Origin: Octopus vulgaris
Lineage: Eukaryota
DNA: 64,000 bases
NCBI GenBank assembly: GCA_951406725.2
Contig: OX597825.1
Location: 41,788,001 to 41,852,000, forward strand
Direction: 5' to 3'
How positions within the stretch are numbered: the stretch's first letter is position 1; each line of letters begins with the position of its first letter. Positions 51,521 through 64,000 of this stretch are shown one piece after another. Both the position numbers and the translations under genes were made by a program. The notes under the pieces are model-generated. The model did no database searches and was not told the origin of the DNA. It was given only the letters and a program-made list of their open reading frames with translations.

Positions 51521-53752
51521 TTTTAAATGTAGGAAGCCTACAATTTGAACTTATGACAATGGACTGGCCTAAAATAAATCTTTACATAAAAAATCTTCGT
51601 TTTCTACCTTAGTTCAATCTGATCAACTTAGTATTTGAAATCTAAACAATTTTATTAATCTATTGTAAACTCTAAGCGTAAAATTCTTTGTATTTGACAT
51701 TTTAGTGATTTGCAATCTTAGCGTCGAACTTGAACCCATAAGCCTTCTATGTAAAAGGTTTTGAACTTTGAAATCGTTATAAATTATAAATTATAAAATA
51801 TTTACATTAATTTATTATTCCCACCAGCATTCCATGTACATGTGTTCACTCTGTGATTGATTTGACGGTTCAGCAGTTTGTTTAAACTGTTAACTTGGGT
51901 TCAACTCAAATTATTGTCCTCATTACTCTTATATGAAAATGTTCATCCGATTTAACATTCACGATTTTATAGAACTCTACACTCTACTTTTACAAATATT
52001 TTCATCTTTATTTGCACAAATATTCTATTTTTACAAATATGTTTTTCATTTTACTAAGACTTTTACAATATCTTTAGAAACTTTTCAAAAGACCTATTAC
52101 ATTATTTTGAAACGCCCTGATGCTCTGTGAGTAGATAATATTTTGAAACCATTAAAAAAAATCACTTAATGTATCTCTAATGAGGGAAATGTGGCTATTT
52201 GTATTGGTTGGAAGATTCGCCCAGTACAAACACAATTTCCTTCAACGATCTTAAGTATATATACTTTATTATATACTACAGCTCAACTAACTTCATTGTT
52301 GACTTATAATACTGGAATGCTTGACATCTAAAAGTTCTGGTGAATCCACATCATTGTATTTCGTATTCTCTCAATTTATATTTCAAGATTGGTTTGATAC
52401 CATATATGACTTTTGATAAAGGAATTTAGCCTATGAAAGTTTGTCCTCCACTTTGCTTTATGTTATTATTTGCTCATATAGAGCGCATTTTGGCACTTCA
52501 CATTTATTTTAATACATTTTATTACATTTAAATTTCTATCTTACAATTAACTAAATTAGCATAGAATAATGGCTTCGTATTTTTTTTATAAAGATCTAAA
52601 CTGTTAATATATAAAGGCAAAGGAGATAATTGGATAACTGTAAACCTACTTTTGGGCCATCCTGTATATATATGGAATAAGGCTATAATTGATCAGATTT
52701 TTAACCTCTTCTTCAATGAAGGTGCATATTTCAGTATTTAAATCTACACTACTTTTTTGTTATCTTCTTGTTAATTCTGGAGGTAGATAACTCAGGCTTG
52801 ACTTGAAGTAAAAAGATCTTAATTTCTATACAAAGACTAATTAATATTCTTATCTTCTTAGCCAATAGCACATAAAATTGAGATGTAAATATTAAAAAAT
52901 AGAAACAGAAAAATGTTTCATTAAGTTAATGAACTGAATAGTCTCATCAATTATAATCTTGTTGATCATTTCAACAAGTGTTTCTCAATTGGCTTGACTT
53001 TTTTATTACACCAGAGATTAAATAAAAAGAAATTTATTTGAGGACTAGAAAAGAAAAGAAAAACTCACTGATACATGTCAGAAAATAAGTTATGAAAAGA
53101 AATATGTTCAAAATTGGAAACAATTTGTTTAAATGTTCGCTACCTTGTTTTATTAATTATATTTGTTTATAACAATACATTTTTATTGCATTAGTATCGA
53201 TTTTCTAAAACCTACTTTCAAAAATTCTCAGCATACTTAGAGACCCTTTGCAATGTGCCTGCATACTGCATCACACCATATGAGAAAGCATGATTTAGGA
53301 TTTTAATCAATCTGTTTTGAAATTTGGGACCTTAATGTGGTAAGCCGAAAAATGCTTATTAATTTATTATAAACTGAATATGGACATGCATTAAAAAGTG
53401 GATTTCAGTATTTTATATAAATACATAGGTATATATATATATATGTATACCTATGTATTTATATATAAAACTTACTTGGGAAAGGATGCGTGGCGTTCGA
53501 TCATATAATAATATAAATATATGCATATATACATACATATATGTACATACCTATATATATATGTATATATACATGCGTATATAAGTACAGTACATCAAAA
53601 GAAACGTTGAACCCAATGAGAAACGAAAATATAAAGACAAAAACATAGAAACGAACTTTTTTCAAACAACGAAAAAAACAGTACAAGACATACAACACAA
53701 GGAATATCCCCCTTCTTCAGTTGTCCCTGTTTCATCTACTCCGTATTTCGAA

Positions 53753-53833
<81 letters not shown>

Positions 53834-54099
53834 CTTCCAATATATATATATGTATATATACAAACGCACACATATGTATATATGTATGTATATATATAAA
53901 TATATAAGAGATACTGCTGTCATTGAGACCCAAAGGTGTCAGGTAATGATGAATAAGTGCTATAGACAGACCATAGTTAAGTTCCAGATTCGGTAATATT
54001 GCGAATAAAGGGTTCAGCGTGTGTATATAAGAATTTTTTGCGTAATAAGATAAAAAAAAACCAAGGCTGTATAGATATTAGAGCATTTATAGATAGAAG

Positions 54100-54151
54100 G
54101 TCTTACAGCTGTTTCTAGGATATTAATTAATAATATCCCTTCATCGGACAC
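54100..54151 (-). ncRNA. Hammerhead motif in the sense pLTR (CCGAUGA core)
   Basis: gtgt-CCGAUGA-agggatatt...aatatccta-GAAA-cagct-GUA-agac; one stem I mismatch. Confidence 0.65.
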
Positions 54152-55133
54152 GGTGTGAGAGGAAAGTTAAGTCATAGTTAGTTTAGATGTGATACAAAAT
54201 AGAGAGTGAGGTGGAGGAAAGAAAATAGATGCAAGATATGTATGGGTATTGAAGTTGTAAATCCGTTTTATAGGCATAATGGTATATATGCAATATTCCG
54301 ATATCCTTTGAGTAAAATCCAAAAGTCCAACAGAGTTTAATAGAGTCCTTCCAAATATAGAGTTTATAAGCAATGTAAGATTCCCATATGATTGAGATCC
54401 AGCAGATATTTAAACTTGGTCATTCCCAGTAGGAAATTTATATACAGTGTTGCAGAGTCAAAGATTTGTATTTAAAATGACCTAGAAATAGGGAGTGTAT
54501 TAGTCTGGTCAAATTGAAAACAGGAAGAGAGGAATGAAAGAAAAAAAAGGAAGAGAAAAAAGAGGAGAGAAAGGAAAAATGAAAGAGAAAGGAGAGAGAA
54601 GATTAGTAAAAATAACCAAATAATAAAAATAAAGAATAAAAACCCTGAAGATAGGAATAAATAGAATAAAGAAAAATTAAGATATAGATCAGTCAGTGGT
54701 CAGTGGAGATAATTTGAAAGTAGGAGCGGGGATAGAGAGAGAGCAAGGTATTATAGTGTAAAAGATAGAGGAATGGGGGGGAAGTTAAGAGGTAAAGGAA
54801 TTACCAATGTGTAGCAGTATAGTCTAATTGTGGGGCAAAGATATGAAGAACTAAGGAAATAGCAGTTCAGTGCTTAGTAATCTGAGAAAATATATATGTG
54901 AAGATGTATATACATGTATATACCAGATAAGTTACATATACAACTCTTATTGGCATGTGTACATATGTTTACATATAGCCATAAGCATGCATAGACGCAT
55001 ACCCTCACTCGTACATATATACGCGCGCATGGGTGTGTGTACAAACATACGAATATAGTCAGATGGTTGTGTATGTGAGAAACAAGATAGGGATTATGAG
55101 TTAGAGTGTAAATTTATACGTTATTGGGATTAC

Positions 55134-55692
55134 CTAAGGATTATTGTGGAAATATACTGTATGGTCATTCTGGCATTTGGATTTGTGGTAGAATTTTAAT
55201 GTGTGATAAAAGCGGTGGTTGCATGTGCTTAGTGCCTCGTTATGTTTATTAAGAAGTGTTGGAGAGTTGTGCTTTAATGTTTGGAGAGCCTCCTTCAGGC
55301 AAAGCTTGCAGATTGAGTGTTGAGATGGGTAGGGAAGTCCTGAGTCCAATATGGACCATGATAGAGTATAGGATATATTTACATTTCTGAGATGATGTAT
55401 GTGGTTGGTGAGTGTTGCAGATTTACTATGATTATCGTATCTAAAAGAGTGGAGATGAGTGGCATATCGTTGCTTAAAATTTTTTGTTGATCCTATGCAT
55501 ATGGCTGTAGAGTTGTGTAATAGGTTAAGGACCGTGCACTTGTAGAATACATTATATCTTCTGCAATGGGTTTGTAACGGGCAGGTGGTTCCAGGACGGC
55601 AATTGCAATTCGGTGAATTTTGAGGATCGTGTTCGGTAACAGAGGAGGTAGTATCATCAGAAGAGAGGTTATAGAAGGGGTGAAAATTTCGA

Positions 55693-55755
<63 letters not shown>

Positions 55756-57330
55756 CATCATTACTAACGTCATCATTACTATTGTTACTATTACTTCTGT
55801 TATTTGTCGGGGCATTAGAGATTGTGGTGGTGTTCCGGGCAGTGTCAGCAGAATGGGTTGGGTTGTGGTTGTGTCCAAATGTAAGGGTATCTATGCTGGA
55901 TATGTATGTGTGTTGATTATTTGTATTAGTAGAGTTGCAGTTATGTGAGTTTTTATAGTAAAGAGAGAGCTTTTGCTTATTCGAGGCTGCTACAATCGAT
56001 TCAAAGTTAGGTGAGTTAGAATAAGATAGTTTCAGGGTGGATCGATTAAAGATAGAATGATATTTATGTTGTCGAGGGAAGTTAGAGTCTAGTATTCTAA
56101 AGAAGGATTTAGCTAAGTTCTTAACGTTGAGAATGGTGGTGTGCACCATAAAATAGAGCGACTGCCACTTTTTTAAGGGGTCTGAGAATAGAGCTATCTA
56201 AGTTGTTAGATAAATGAGTGTTATCTATCTTTCTAAAGGTGTGTGGTAAGCGAGGCCTTTTATTGTTAGTTGTTTTATTTGTTTTAGTTTTTGACCTATT
56301 GTTAAATGAATGTGTGTGGGATGTAAATTGTCTCGGTGCATTGGCTTCCATGGTCTCATCAACTGTGTGTGTTTCGTTGCGGTTGTGGTGGTTGTTGCGT
56401 GTTTGAGATGTGATTTAAGATATGTATTGTCTGAGTCTGGTGTTATTGGTGTATTCTATTTGTTGGGAGAAGCCGCTAGCATCGAGTGCTTGATTATAAT
56501 ATGGTGCGTGATTATTGAAGATTTCTTCAGTGGAGGAGAGGTCAGATATGCGGGTTGAGATTCCATTGCTTATATTATTAAAAGTGGATATGTGGTGGTG
56601 GAATGGATGTTAAGGTATTTAAGGTATTGGTTAGGTTTGTGGAAAGGAGAGTATTGGGGTGTTGATAAGTTTAGGGTTGCGTCCAGAAATTTAGCAGTTT
56701 TGTGGGCGTTTTCGAATGTGATAGATAGGTTTAGGTTAGAAAAGAATGTATGTAGATCCTTTCTAGTTCTCTCTAAGGAGGATTTATTTATGCTTTTAGT
56801 AATTAATAGAGCATCGTCCCTATGTAGGCCTCCCTTGATATTAGGGAAGTGTCTGTGGAGCTAGTGTAGTATATAAAGTCCAACTAAGTCAGTGACCTGA
56901 GCTGAATCCGAGGATCCCATGATTATGTTGAATAGGTTGCTACGGTTGATGCTATGGTTATTGGCCCGGCACTATAGTTTGCTTTCAAAAGAAATAAGGG
57001 TTTTACGGACATTAAGTATAATGTTAATTTTTAGTGGGGTTACGTTAGTAAAGTTCCTAGCAAGAAGAAGAGCTTGATTAAGTAGTTTAGGAGAAATAGA
57101 AGAGTAATAGTTGTTTATATCAAATTGTAAAATTGAATATGCGATTTTGTTATTTAGAAGATGGAACCGTGTAATCAATTCACCAGAGTGGAACCAAATT
57201 TAATTTATCTTTAACGATAGGTACTACTTTGTCCAAAATGCTTTTGCTTACCCTTCTTAGGTCTGACTTGGTGGGACATATTAAGCGTATTCAAGGTTTG
57301 GTGATAAACTCCTTCTTGTGATACTTATGG
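55134..57330 (-). pseudogene. PLE RT plus GIY-YIG coding remnant
   Basis: QFDINNYYSSI, IMGSSDSAQVTDLVGL, GLHRDDAL, FLDATLNL, KYHSIFNRSTLKLSYS, FKQRYATH, CKLCLKE, LLNKHNEALSTCNH. Confidence 0.88.
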
Positions 57331-58208
57331 CTATGGCTATATGGCTATATGTGATACTTATGCTTATGGCTATATGTAAACATATGTACACATGCATACG
57401 CATGCCAATAAGAGTTGTATATGTAACTTATCTGGTATATACATGTATATACATCTTCACATATATATTTTCTCAGATTACTAAGCACTGAACTGCTATT
57501 TCCTTAGTTCTTCATATCTTTGCCCCACAATTAGACTATACTGCTACACATTGGTAATTCCTTTACCTCTTAACTCCCCCCCCCATTCCTCTATCTTTTA
57601 CACTATAATACCTTGCTCTCTCTCTATCCCCGCTCCTACTTTCAAATTATCTCCACTGACCACTGACTGATCTATATCTTAATTTTTCTTTATTCTATTT
57701 ATTCCTATCTTCAGGGTTTTTATTCTTTATTTTTATTATTTGGTTATTTTTACTAATCTTCTCTCTCCTTTCTCTTTCATTTTTCCTTTCTCTCCTCTTT
57801 TTTCTCTTCCTTTTTTTTCTTTCATTCCTCTCTTCCTGTTTTCAATTTGACCAGACTAATACACTCCCTATTTCTAGGTCATTTTAAATACAAATCTTTG
57901 ACTCTGCAACACTGTATATAAATTTCCTACTGGGAATGACCAAGTTTAAATATCTGCTGGATCTCAATCATATGGGAATCTTACATTGCTTATAAACTCT
58001 ATATTTGGAAGGACTCCTATTAAACTCTGTTGGACTTTTGGATTTTACTCAAAGGATATCGGAATATTGCATATATACCATTATGCCTATAAAACGGATT
58101 TACAACTTCAATACCCATACATATCTTGCATCTATTTTCTTTCCTCCACCTCACTCTCTATTTTGTATCACATCTAAACTAACTATGACTTAACTTTCCT
58201 CTCACACC

Positions 58209-58260
58209 GTCTCCGATGAAAGGATATTATTAATTAATATCCTAGAAACAGCTGTAAGAC
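58209..58260 (+). ncRNA. Hammerhead motif in the inverted pLTR (CCGAUGA core)
   Basis: gtct-CCGAUGA-aaggatatt(attaatt)aatatccta-GAAA-cagct-GUA-agac; stem I gtct/agac, palindromic stem III acagctgt. Confidence 0.72.
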
Positions 58261-58963
58261 CTTCTATCTATAAAGGCTCTGATATCTATACAGCCTTGGT
58301 TTTTTATCTTAATACGCAAAATATTCTTATATATGTATATATATGCGGATTAATGAGGTTACATTAATATTTCTTGCAGTTGCAGAGCCTAGCATGTATC
58401 CAATTTTTTTTGTAGCAGGAATGATTATGTATTTACGTATGTACATATGTATGTATTTGTATGTGTGTGCGTGCATTTATAGATTGTTTGAAGTGATGTT
58501 CAGATTTTATAGGATAATTTTTTATTAATGCCCTTTAATAACTCACAAATGGCATCTAAATTAATGATATATATAACCTTCAGTATTTACAATATACATA
58601 TATATTTACTCATTAACTTTACTGTTTTCTTCAGTGTTTTTACCACCTTTCCTTTCACTCCACCACAACCTCCTTTCACCTACAATACAATCACATCTAC
58701 ACACCATCCTCCTACACCCCACAATCCCACACACCACATTCCAACACTTGTTCATTTCCAGTACCTCAAGAAACCATATGAACTCCTCACACATCTCCCC
58801 CTAAACCCATTCCTATATACAGATACCCTTCTATGTATGCACACACCTTTCTACCTAACTCTTCTCCATAGAACCACATTTATAGTTAGTCCCTAAACTT
58901 TTTCTTTCTTTCTTTCCCATCACCTTTCCTCTTTCTTTAATTGTTTCTTTCCTGTCCTTTTAG

Positions 58964-58998
58964 TTTTTGATGAATGCCAAGCATCAGAAACGTCAAAA
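58964..58998 (+). ncRNA. Degenerate minimal hammerhead motif
   Basis: ttt-UUGAUGA-atgc(caa)gcat-ca-GAAA-c-GUC-aaa; C3U without a G8 compensation. Confidence 0.45.
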
Positions 58999-59314
58999 GT
59001 TCTTTCCTTTTTTTTAAAACAATAAAATATTAACAACTTTGTTAAAACATGTCCCTCTCATTTCATTTTCTTTTCTTTCTCATTACCTGATGTGTATGTA
59101 TGTCTGTGTGTGTGTGTGTGTGTGTGTTTACTGAATTACAAATTGTGAAATCATTTGCAAACTCTGCACTTTTGAGGATGTGAGGATAAACAGAAAAAGT
59201 TTAGTTATAAGAAAGGCATCAGTTTCAAATCAATGTTTCCAAAATATGTATTCATCTAACCCAAACTGGTATGGACAATTGGCCATAAAACGAACATATA
59301 TATCCATTATCTTT

Positions 59315-59672
59315 TACTTGTGTCATTCATTAGACTGCTGCTATACTGAGGGAATGCCTAGAAGAATTTTAGTTGAACAATTCATCTCCAGAACAATTCA
59401 TCTATCAGTCTCTTCTGCTGAACTGATAAGTTATATAGATGTAAACACACCAATACTTATTGATAAGTGGCAGTGGGAGATAAATACAGACATAAAGGCA
59501 CACACACACACACACACATATATACAAAGGTCTTCTTTCAGTTTCCATCTACCAAATCCACTCACAAGTCTTTGGTCAGCCTGCGGCTTTAATAGAAGAC
59601 ACTTGCCCAAGGTGCCAGGCAGTGGGATTGAACCAAGAAGAAAACTTTTTTACCACCAAGTCATGCTTGTGC
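59315..59672 (-). mobile_element. SINE family A (degenerate)
   Basis: Reverse complement of the 16527-16903 family. Confidence 0.72.
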
Positions 59673-62600
59673 CTAAAAAAAAGTAGCCAGCAAGACTCTT
59701 CAGAGAATCGATCTCTGTTCCTCTCAGATTCCAGCTCACACACTAATATACATATATACATATGCGATTTGTTTTATATTAGTTGAACAGATTTATTTCT
59801 GTACCTCAAATAAATGCTTACAAGAGTGTAGTGTACTAATGCTTATATTACTTTCTTACCATATAATTTACACACATACATATCTATGCATGGACTCTCA
59901 CAAACATAGCCATTCACAAAAACACACATATACATGATGAAGCTAACATACATATATAGCTAGCTAATATGGTGCTACTTCAGAATGTCACATAGCTTTC
60001 AAGAATAATAAATATTTAGTATTAACTAACATTCTGGTACTTTTGTCAGAACTTTCTCTGTTGCCTCATCAATTCATCTCCTGTATAAGAACCACATGGC
60101 TTAGGTTTTTGACTTGAAGACAAATGAGAAATTTTAATAGATATCAAACTGACAATTGAAGTGGTGAAAAATAAAAACCTACAATGAGTCGCCCAATCAA
60201 TTCTAATTATATTGCAAGGCACTGTCTTTGAAAAAGAAAGGATGAATTAAAAGAAAATAGAGGAAACTACGAGTTGAAATTTCCCTAAGTGTAGATGTAG
60301 AAAGAATAGTAATAACAATGCTTAACTAAACAAAGAAACAAATACCGAAAGCAGAAAAGAATGAAAAAGTAATTTTTCCCAGTCTTTCACAGCCGAAAGT
60401 AAATTTTTAGCCACAGAGTAATAGTATGACTTATTTATGTTTTGTTGTTTCTATTTTGGTAATTCAGTTTGTTGTCAGAAAAAATGTGTAATGAAAGGAA
60501 GAAATGAATTCTTTAGGAATAGGAATGGGGAAATTGCTTCAAGACTTTCATTCATTTTAGGCTAATTTTATTTTATTTTTCTTCAAAATATTATTGAAAT
60601 AAGTGGCAAAAGAAAGTGATGAAAAATTAATTAGAAAAAGTACTAAGTAATTTGATTTCAAGGGAAGAAAAAGAATGCAAGCTAAGCCTATGATAATTAT
60701 TTCACTTAGTTTCTCATAATACAAAAGAATCAAATGAAATACAAAGCAAAAAAATAAATAAATAAATAAATAGATAAACAAAAAATATCAAAACTATGAC
60801 ACAAAATGTAATTCGAATTTCATCTGATGAGAAATATAGATTTTTGTAAACATTCTTAAAGGTGAGATATTAAACTATATTAATATTGTTATACTCAACA
60901 ATAATGAGACATTTGTACATTTGTAAAAAAAATCAGTTAATATGTAATACTTTTTTTAATGTAAAGCATAGTTACCAGTTAACCATTGTTATATTGCATG
61001 TTAAATAAAAATACGTGGAGAGTGACTAACATACCAAGACATTACATTTTTATTGTAATATAACTGAATTCATGATGATGATCAAATAAATTAGTGTAAC
61101 TTCTATGTAGCACTTCATGGTTACATGAAAATTCGGTAAATCAGATATTAGTCATCAAAATAGTTATAATTAAAGTGATAATCCAGAAATTCCTTTTACA
61201 TTCTTAAGCTCTATGATTTGAATGATCATCTCTTGCATTTCAGACCAGGACATTGAGAGAGAAAATGGGGGAGGTTAAAGTTCCTTGCTATGTAAAACTT
61301 TCAGTGTTTTAAAATTTCCAGTGTCCTTTTAAAAGATTTGTTGTCACACACAATATTGGAGGAGATGGTATAGCTTGATTGAAAATAAAAGAAAACTTTT
61401 GATTTCATTAAGAGAACCTCTTTGTAATTACTTAACCAGCAAGAAATAGATGTGAAATCTTCATTACATCATACTCTGATATCTTTGAAAAATGACTTAT
61501 TAGACAAGATAACCCTGGATGTACAAAAAGAGTGGGTAATATTGGATGAAAATGATTTCATAAAACAGCATAAAAAGTTCTTACCTGGGGCTACACAACA
61601 ACATGAGCATCAAGTTTGATTTCATGTTGTAAGCAAATAGTTTGACAAACCTGCTGGTTTCTAAAATCATAGGTATTTATTAAAAAAAATTTTGCATAAA
61701 GGGACATCACTGAATGAAGGTGCTCAAACATATATTAAATACACATCTCCAGAACTAATTAAATAATCTTTTAAAGTTTTATTTCAATATCAGGTTATCA
61801 GCATATTTTGCCTTTATTTTAATATGAGGGTCTCAAAATATTTCAGCTTTTGTTGTGATTAATGAAGAAAAAAAATTGAACCTAACCTGCCTGTTTAACA
61901 CATTTTATAGATGTTGTCAGGGGCTACAGAGAATAGCTTTTATTTCTAAAGTCAACCACAGCTTCTAAACATTATTTTTACTCATTTGTAAAAGTCATCA
62001 GAAATTAAAATGCTATTTTAAAGTCAGATAAATGATGAGACATAGAGAGGAGATTTTTTTATGACAAGAGAAAGAAAGATTTGATATGAAGAAAGAGAGA
62101 CAGGCAGACAGAGATGGAGAGAAAGAGGAAGAGAGAGATTCTGTTAAGGGGAAATTAAACTACAGACAGAGAAAAATACCATAAAATTGCATTCATTGCT
62201 GAAGAAACACTTAAGAACCGATGAAGTAGCAGTAAAGAAAACCAGCCTAATGGTAATAACTAGCATGATGGTGAACACAAATATTATGTTCATCATTATG
62301 ATTGTCAGAACTACTATGATGGGGATGTCTAATATTAAGGTGACAATTACGATGATGGTGATAACTAGATGTTGATAACTATTATGATGGTGACAATATG
62401 CATGGTGATCATAACCAGTAGTATGTTAGTTATTGGTGTGTTGACCACAAATAGTATAATGGTCATAACACGTATGTTTGTCATGTTTAGCATACATGAT
62501 AGTGATAACAAGTATGATTAAACATCTGTTGAGTTATTAACTCTGCATACAGAAGAAAGGCTATAAAATGAAGTTGTTTTTCTGTCTAGCCATTTATTCT

Positions 62601-63149
62601 ATTATGGCTAAACTATAGATAAGATTTTATGGCTACACTAACAAATTGTATTATCTTTCCAAATGGAATCATTTTATGACTGGCTGCCTACTACAGCCTT
62701 ATCATCTTTTGCCTTAGGCCACTCACAAATATCAATTTAATCACTTATCAATAAATTTTTCTCCATGTTTATTTACCGTTTTATCATTTCCATTCATTTT
62801 CATTACTATGGATATTGCTACAACACTAACATCTTTTACTATCTTCTTTCCCTCTACTTGCTAACTCTTTCATCCACTAATATTTATCTTTATTCTCCTT
62901 TATTTACAGTTACCCTTTTGTCTTCTGTTTTCACTCTCCTTCCCTTTCTCTTCAACTGTTGACTCTTCCATTTTCTCTCTCTTTGTCTTTTCTTTTATAT
63001 TCATCAATTTCTCTTATACATACTAACAAATGTGTGTATGAGTGCATATGTGTGTGTGTGTGTGCATTATATACATATAGTATTCCATCACTTCCACTTA
63101 CCTTTTCACAGATATTTCCCCCACACCGATATAAATGTAGGATAACTAT

Positions 63150-63553
63150 GTAAGAAAAGGTTTGGGGTAGGTGCATTATCCTGTGTAACCTGTTATAAAT
63201 GGAAATTGATTCTGACAGTAAGTCATTGAAGTTAAAATGAGCTTTCATGTCATTATGGAGAAGCTCAAACAAGTCAACAAATTGATTTGGGCTTCCAAGT
63301 TTACCAAGATTTGTCCAGAGAGCTCTCCTATTAACAGTATTGAAGGCATTTTTTAAATCAACAAAGAACTGGTAAAGAATAAGTAATGTTTGATACATTT
63401 CTCCTAGAGTTGGTGAGCAGAAAAAATTCATGTCCATTGTACCTGATCTAAAGCCACATTGATTCTCTGGAATGATAGAAGGGAATATCAACTTTGTTAC
63501 CTACTCAAGTAAAAGTTTTTCAAAAACCTTACCAACTTCAAGCAGGCTTATTC

Positions 63554-63557
<4 letters not shown>
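63150..63557 (-). mobile_element. RTE/BovB-like LINE RT fragment
   Basis: IIPENQCGFR..TMDM, FVDLKNAFNTVNRRALW..LGKLG. Confidence 0.82.
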
Positions 63558-63611
<54 letters not shown>

Positions 63612-63613
<2 letters not shown>

Positions 63614-63830
63614 CCCTTTCTTGACATCATGTGATCAGTGTAATTGAGCAACCTTGCTTTCTTCCAGTCTTGCATGCACCTGGCCATGGGAAAATATTAT
63701 TTTACATGAGAATAGGTAACTGTTGAGGACAAGAAGAGCATTCTGTTATGAAAAATCTACCTCGCTGAATTCCATCTGCCCCATGCAAGTAAGGAGAAAA
63801 GGAGGCTAAGTGATTAGGATGATAATAATT
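63612..63830 (+). mobile_element. Degenerate SINE-like repeat with RTE-type tail
   Basis: Same family as 9175-9400; ends in a gat/aat-rich tail. Confidence 0.5.
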
Positions 63831-64000
63831 ATAATATAATTTGTGTGTGTGTGTGCATGTGTGAATGCAGGCATTCGTGCATGCATGTCTGATGCAACAA
63901 TTGTAAACAAGGACAATCTTACACATAGTGCTGTTTGTTTCCAGTTTTTCAGGAAAGCATATCTGATGATGGGAAATTTCCCCTTGCTCAGGAGCAAGTA

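Larger units (their letters stand above)
54024..58332 (-). mobile_element. 5'-truncated Penelope-like element flanked by ~970-bp inverted pseudo-LTRs
   Basis: Arms 54024-54998 and 57360-58332 are near-identical reverse complements (duplicate ORFs 54167..54373 and 58005..58193). Confidence 0.93.

Noticed and set aside
52110-52260. Hammerhead-like CTAATGA plus long hairpin 3' of the PLE fragment
   Set aside because: The core is mutated and GAAA is absent after the stem; too degenerate to call.
53690-53756. Type II hammerhead arrangement (GAAA...CTGAAGA) on the minus strand
   Set aside because: No stem I hairpin can form; probably a truncated repeat end related to ~32290-32360.
55620-55916. 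Poly-Leu membrane-like ORF on the plus strand
   Set aside because: Antisense reading of the (AAT)n tract in the PLE linker.
62187-62520. Met/Ile/Thr-rich ORF
   Set aside because: Decayed (GAT)n-type microsatellite.
63963-63985. CTGATGA followed by a gggaaatttccc hairpin
   Set aside because: No GAAA or stem III follows; half-motif only.

Overview
AT-rich eukaryotic DNA with no operons and no recognisable host protein-coding gene. The repeat content (tRNA-derived and Nin-domain SINEs, RTE and R4/Dong LINEs, Penelope-like elements, dense (TA)n/(CATA)n tracts) resembles an octopus/coleoid cephalopod genome; this is an inference. The window is a patchwork of transposon remnants: five Penelope-like elements (PLEs) or fragments, RTE and R4/Dong LINE pieces, a hAT with a perfect 8-bp TSD, Tc1 and mariner copies, Helitron-type elements, foldback MITEs and many SINEs. 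Most listed ORFs are microsatellite or antisense artefacts. Three signals stand out. (1) A near-intact PLE at 1-3530 has a ~450-codon upstream ORF joined to an ATG-less RT frame by an in-phase U_UUU_UUA -1 slippery site, a gag-pol-like layout, with the caveat that it could be a homopolymer deletion. (2) At least seven unrelated minimal hammerhead-ribozyme motifs occur, mostly in inverted pseudo-LTRs, including a compensatory U3-A8 core and a C4 core. (3) Non-autonomous inverted-repeat hammerhead elements are present, one with a tRNA-derived Pol III head and a 9-bp TSD. Coordinates were read by eye; boundaries of degenerate elements are approximate.
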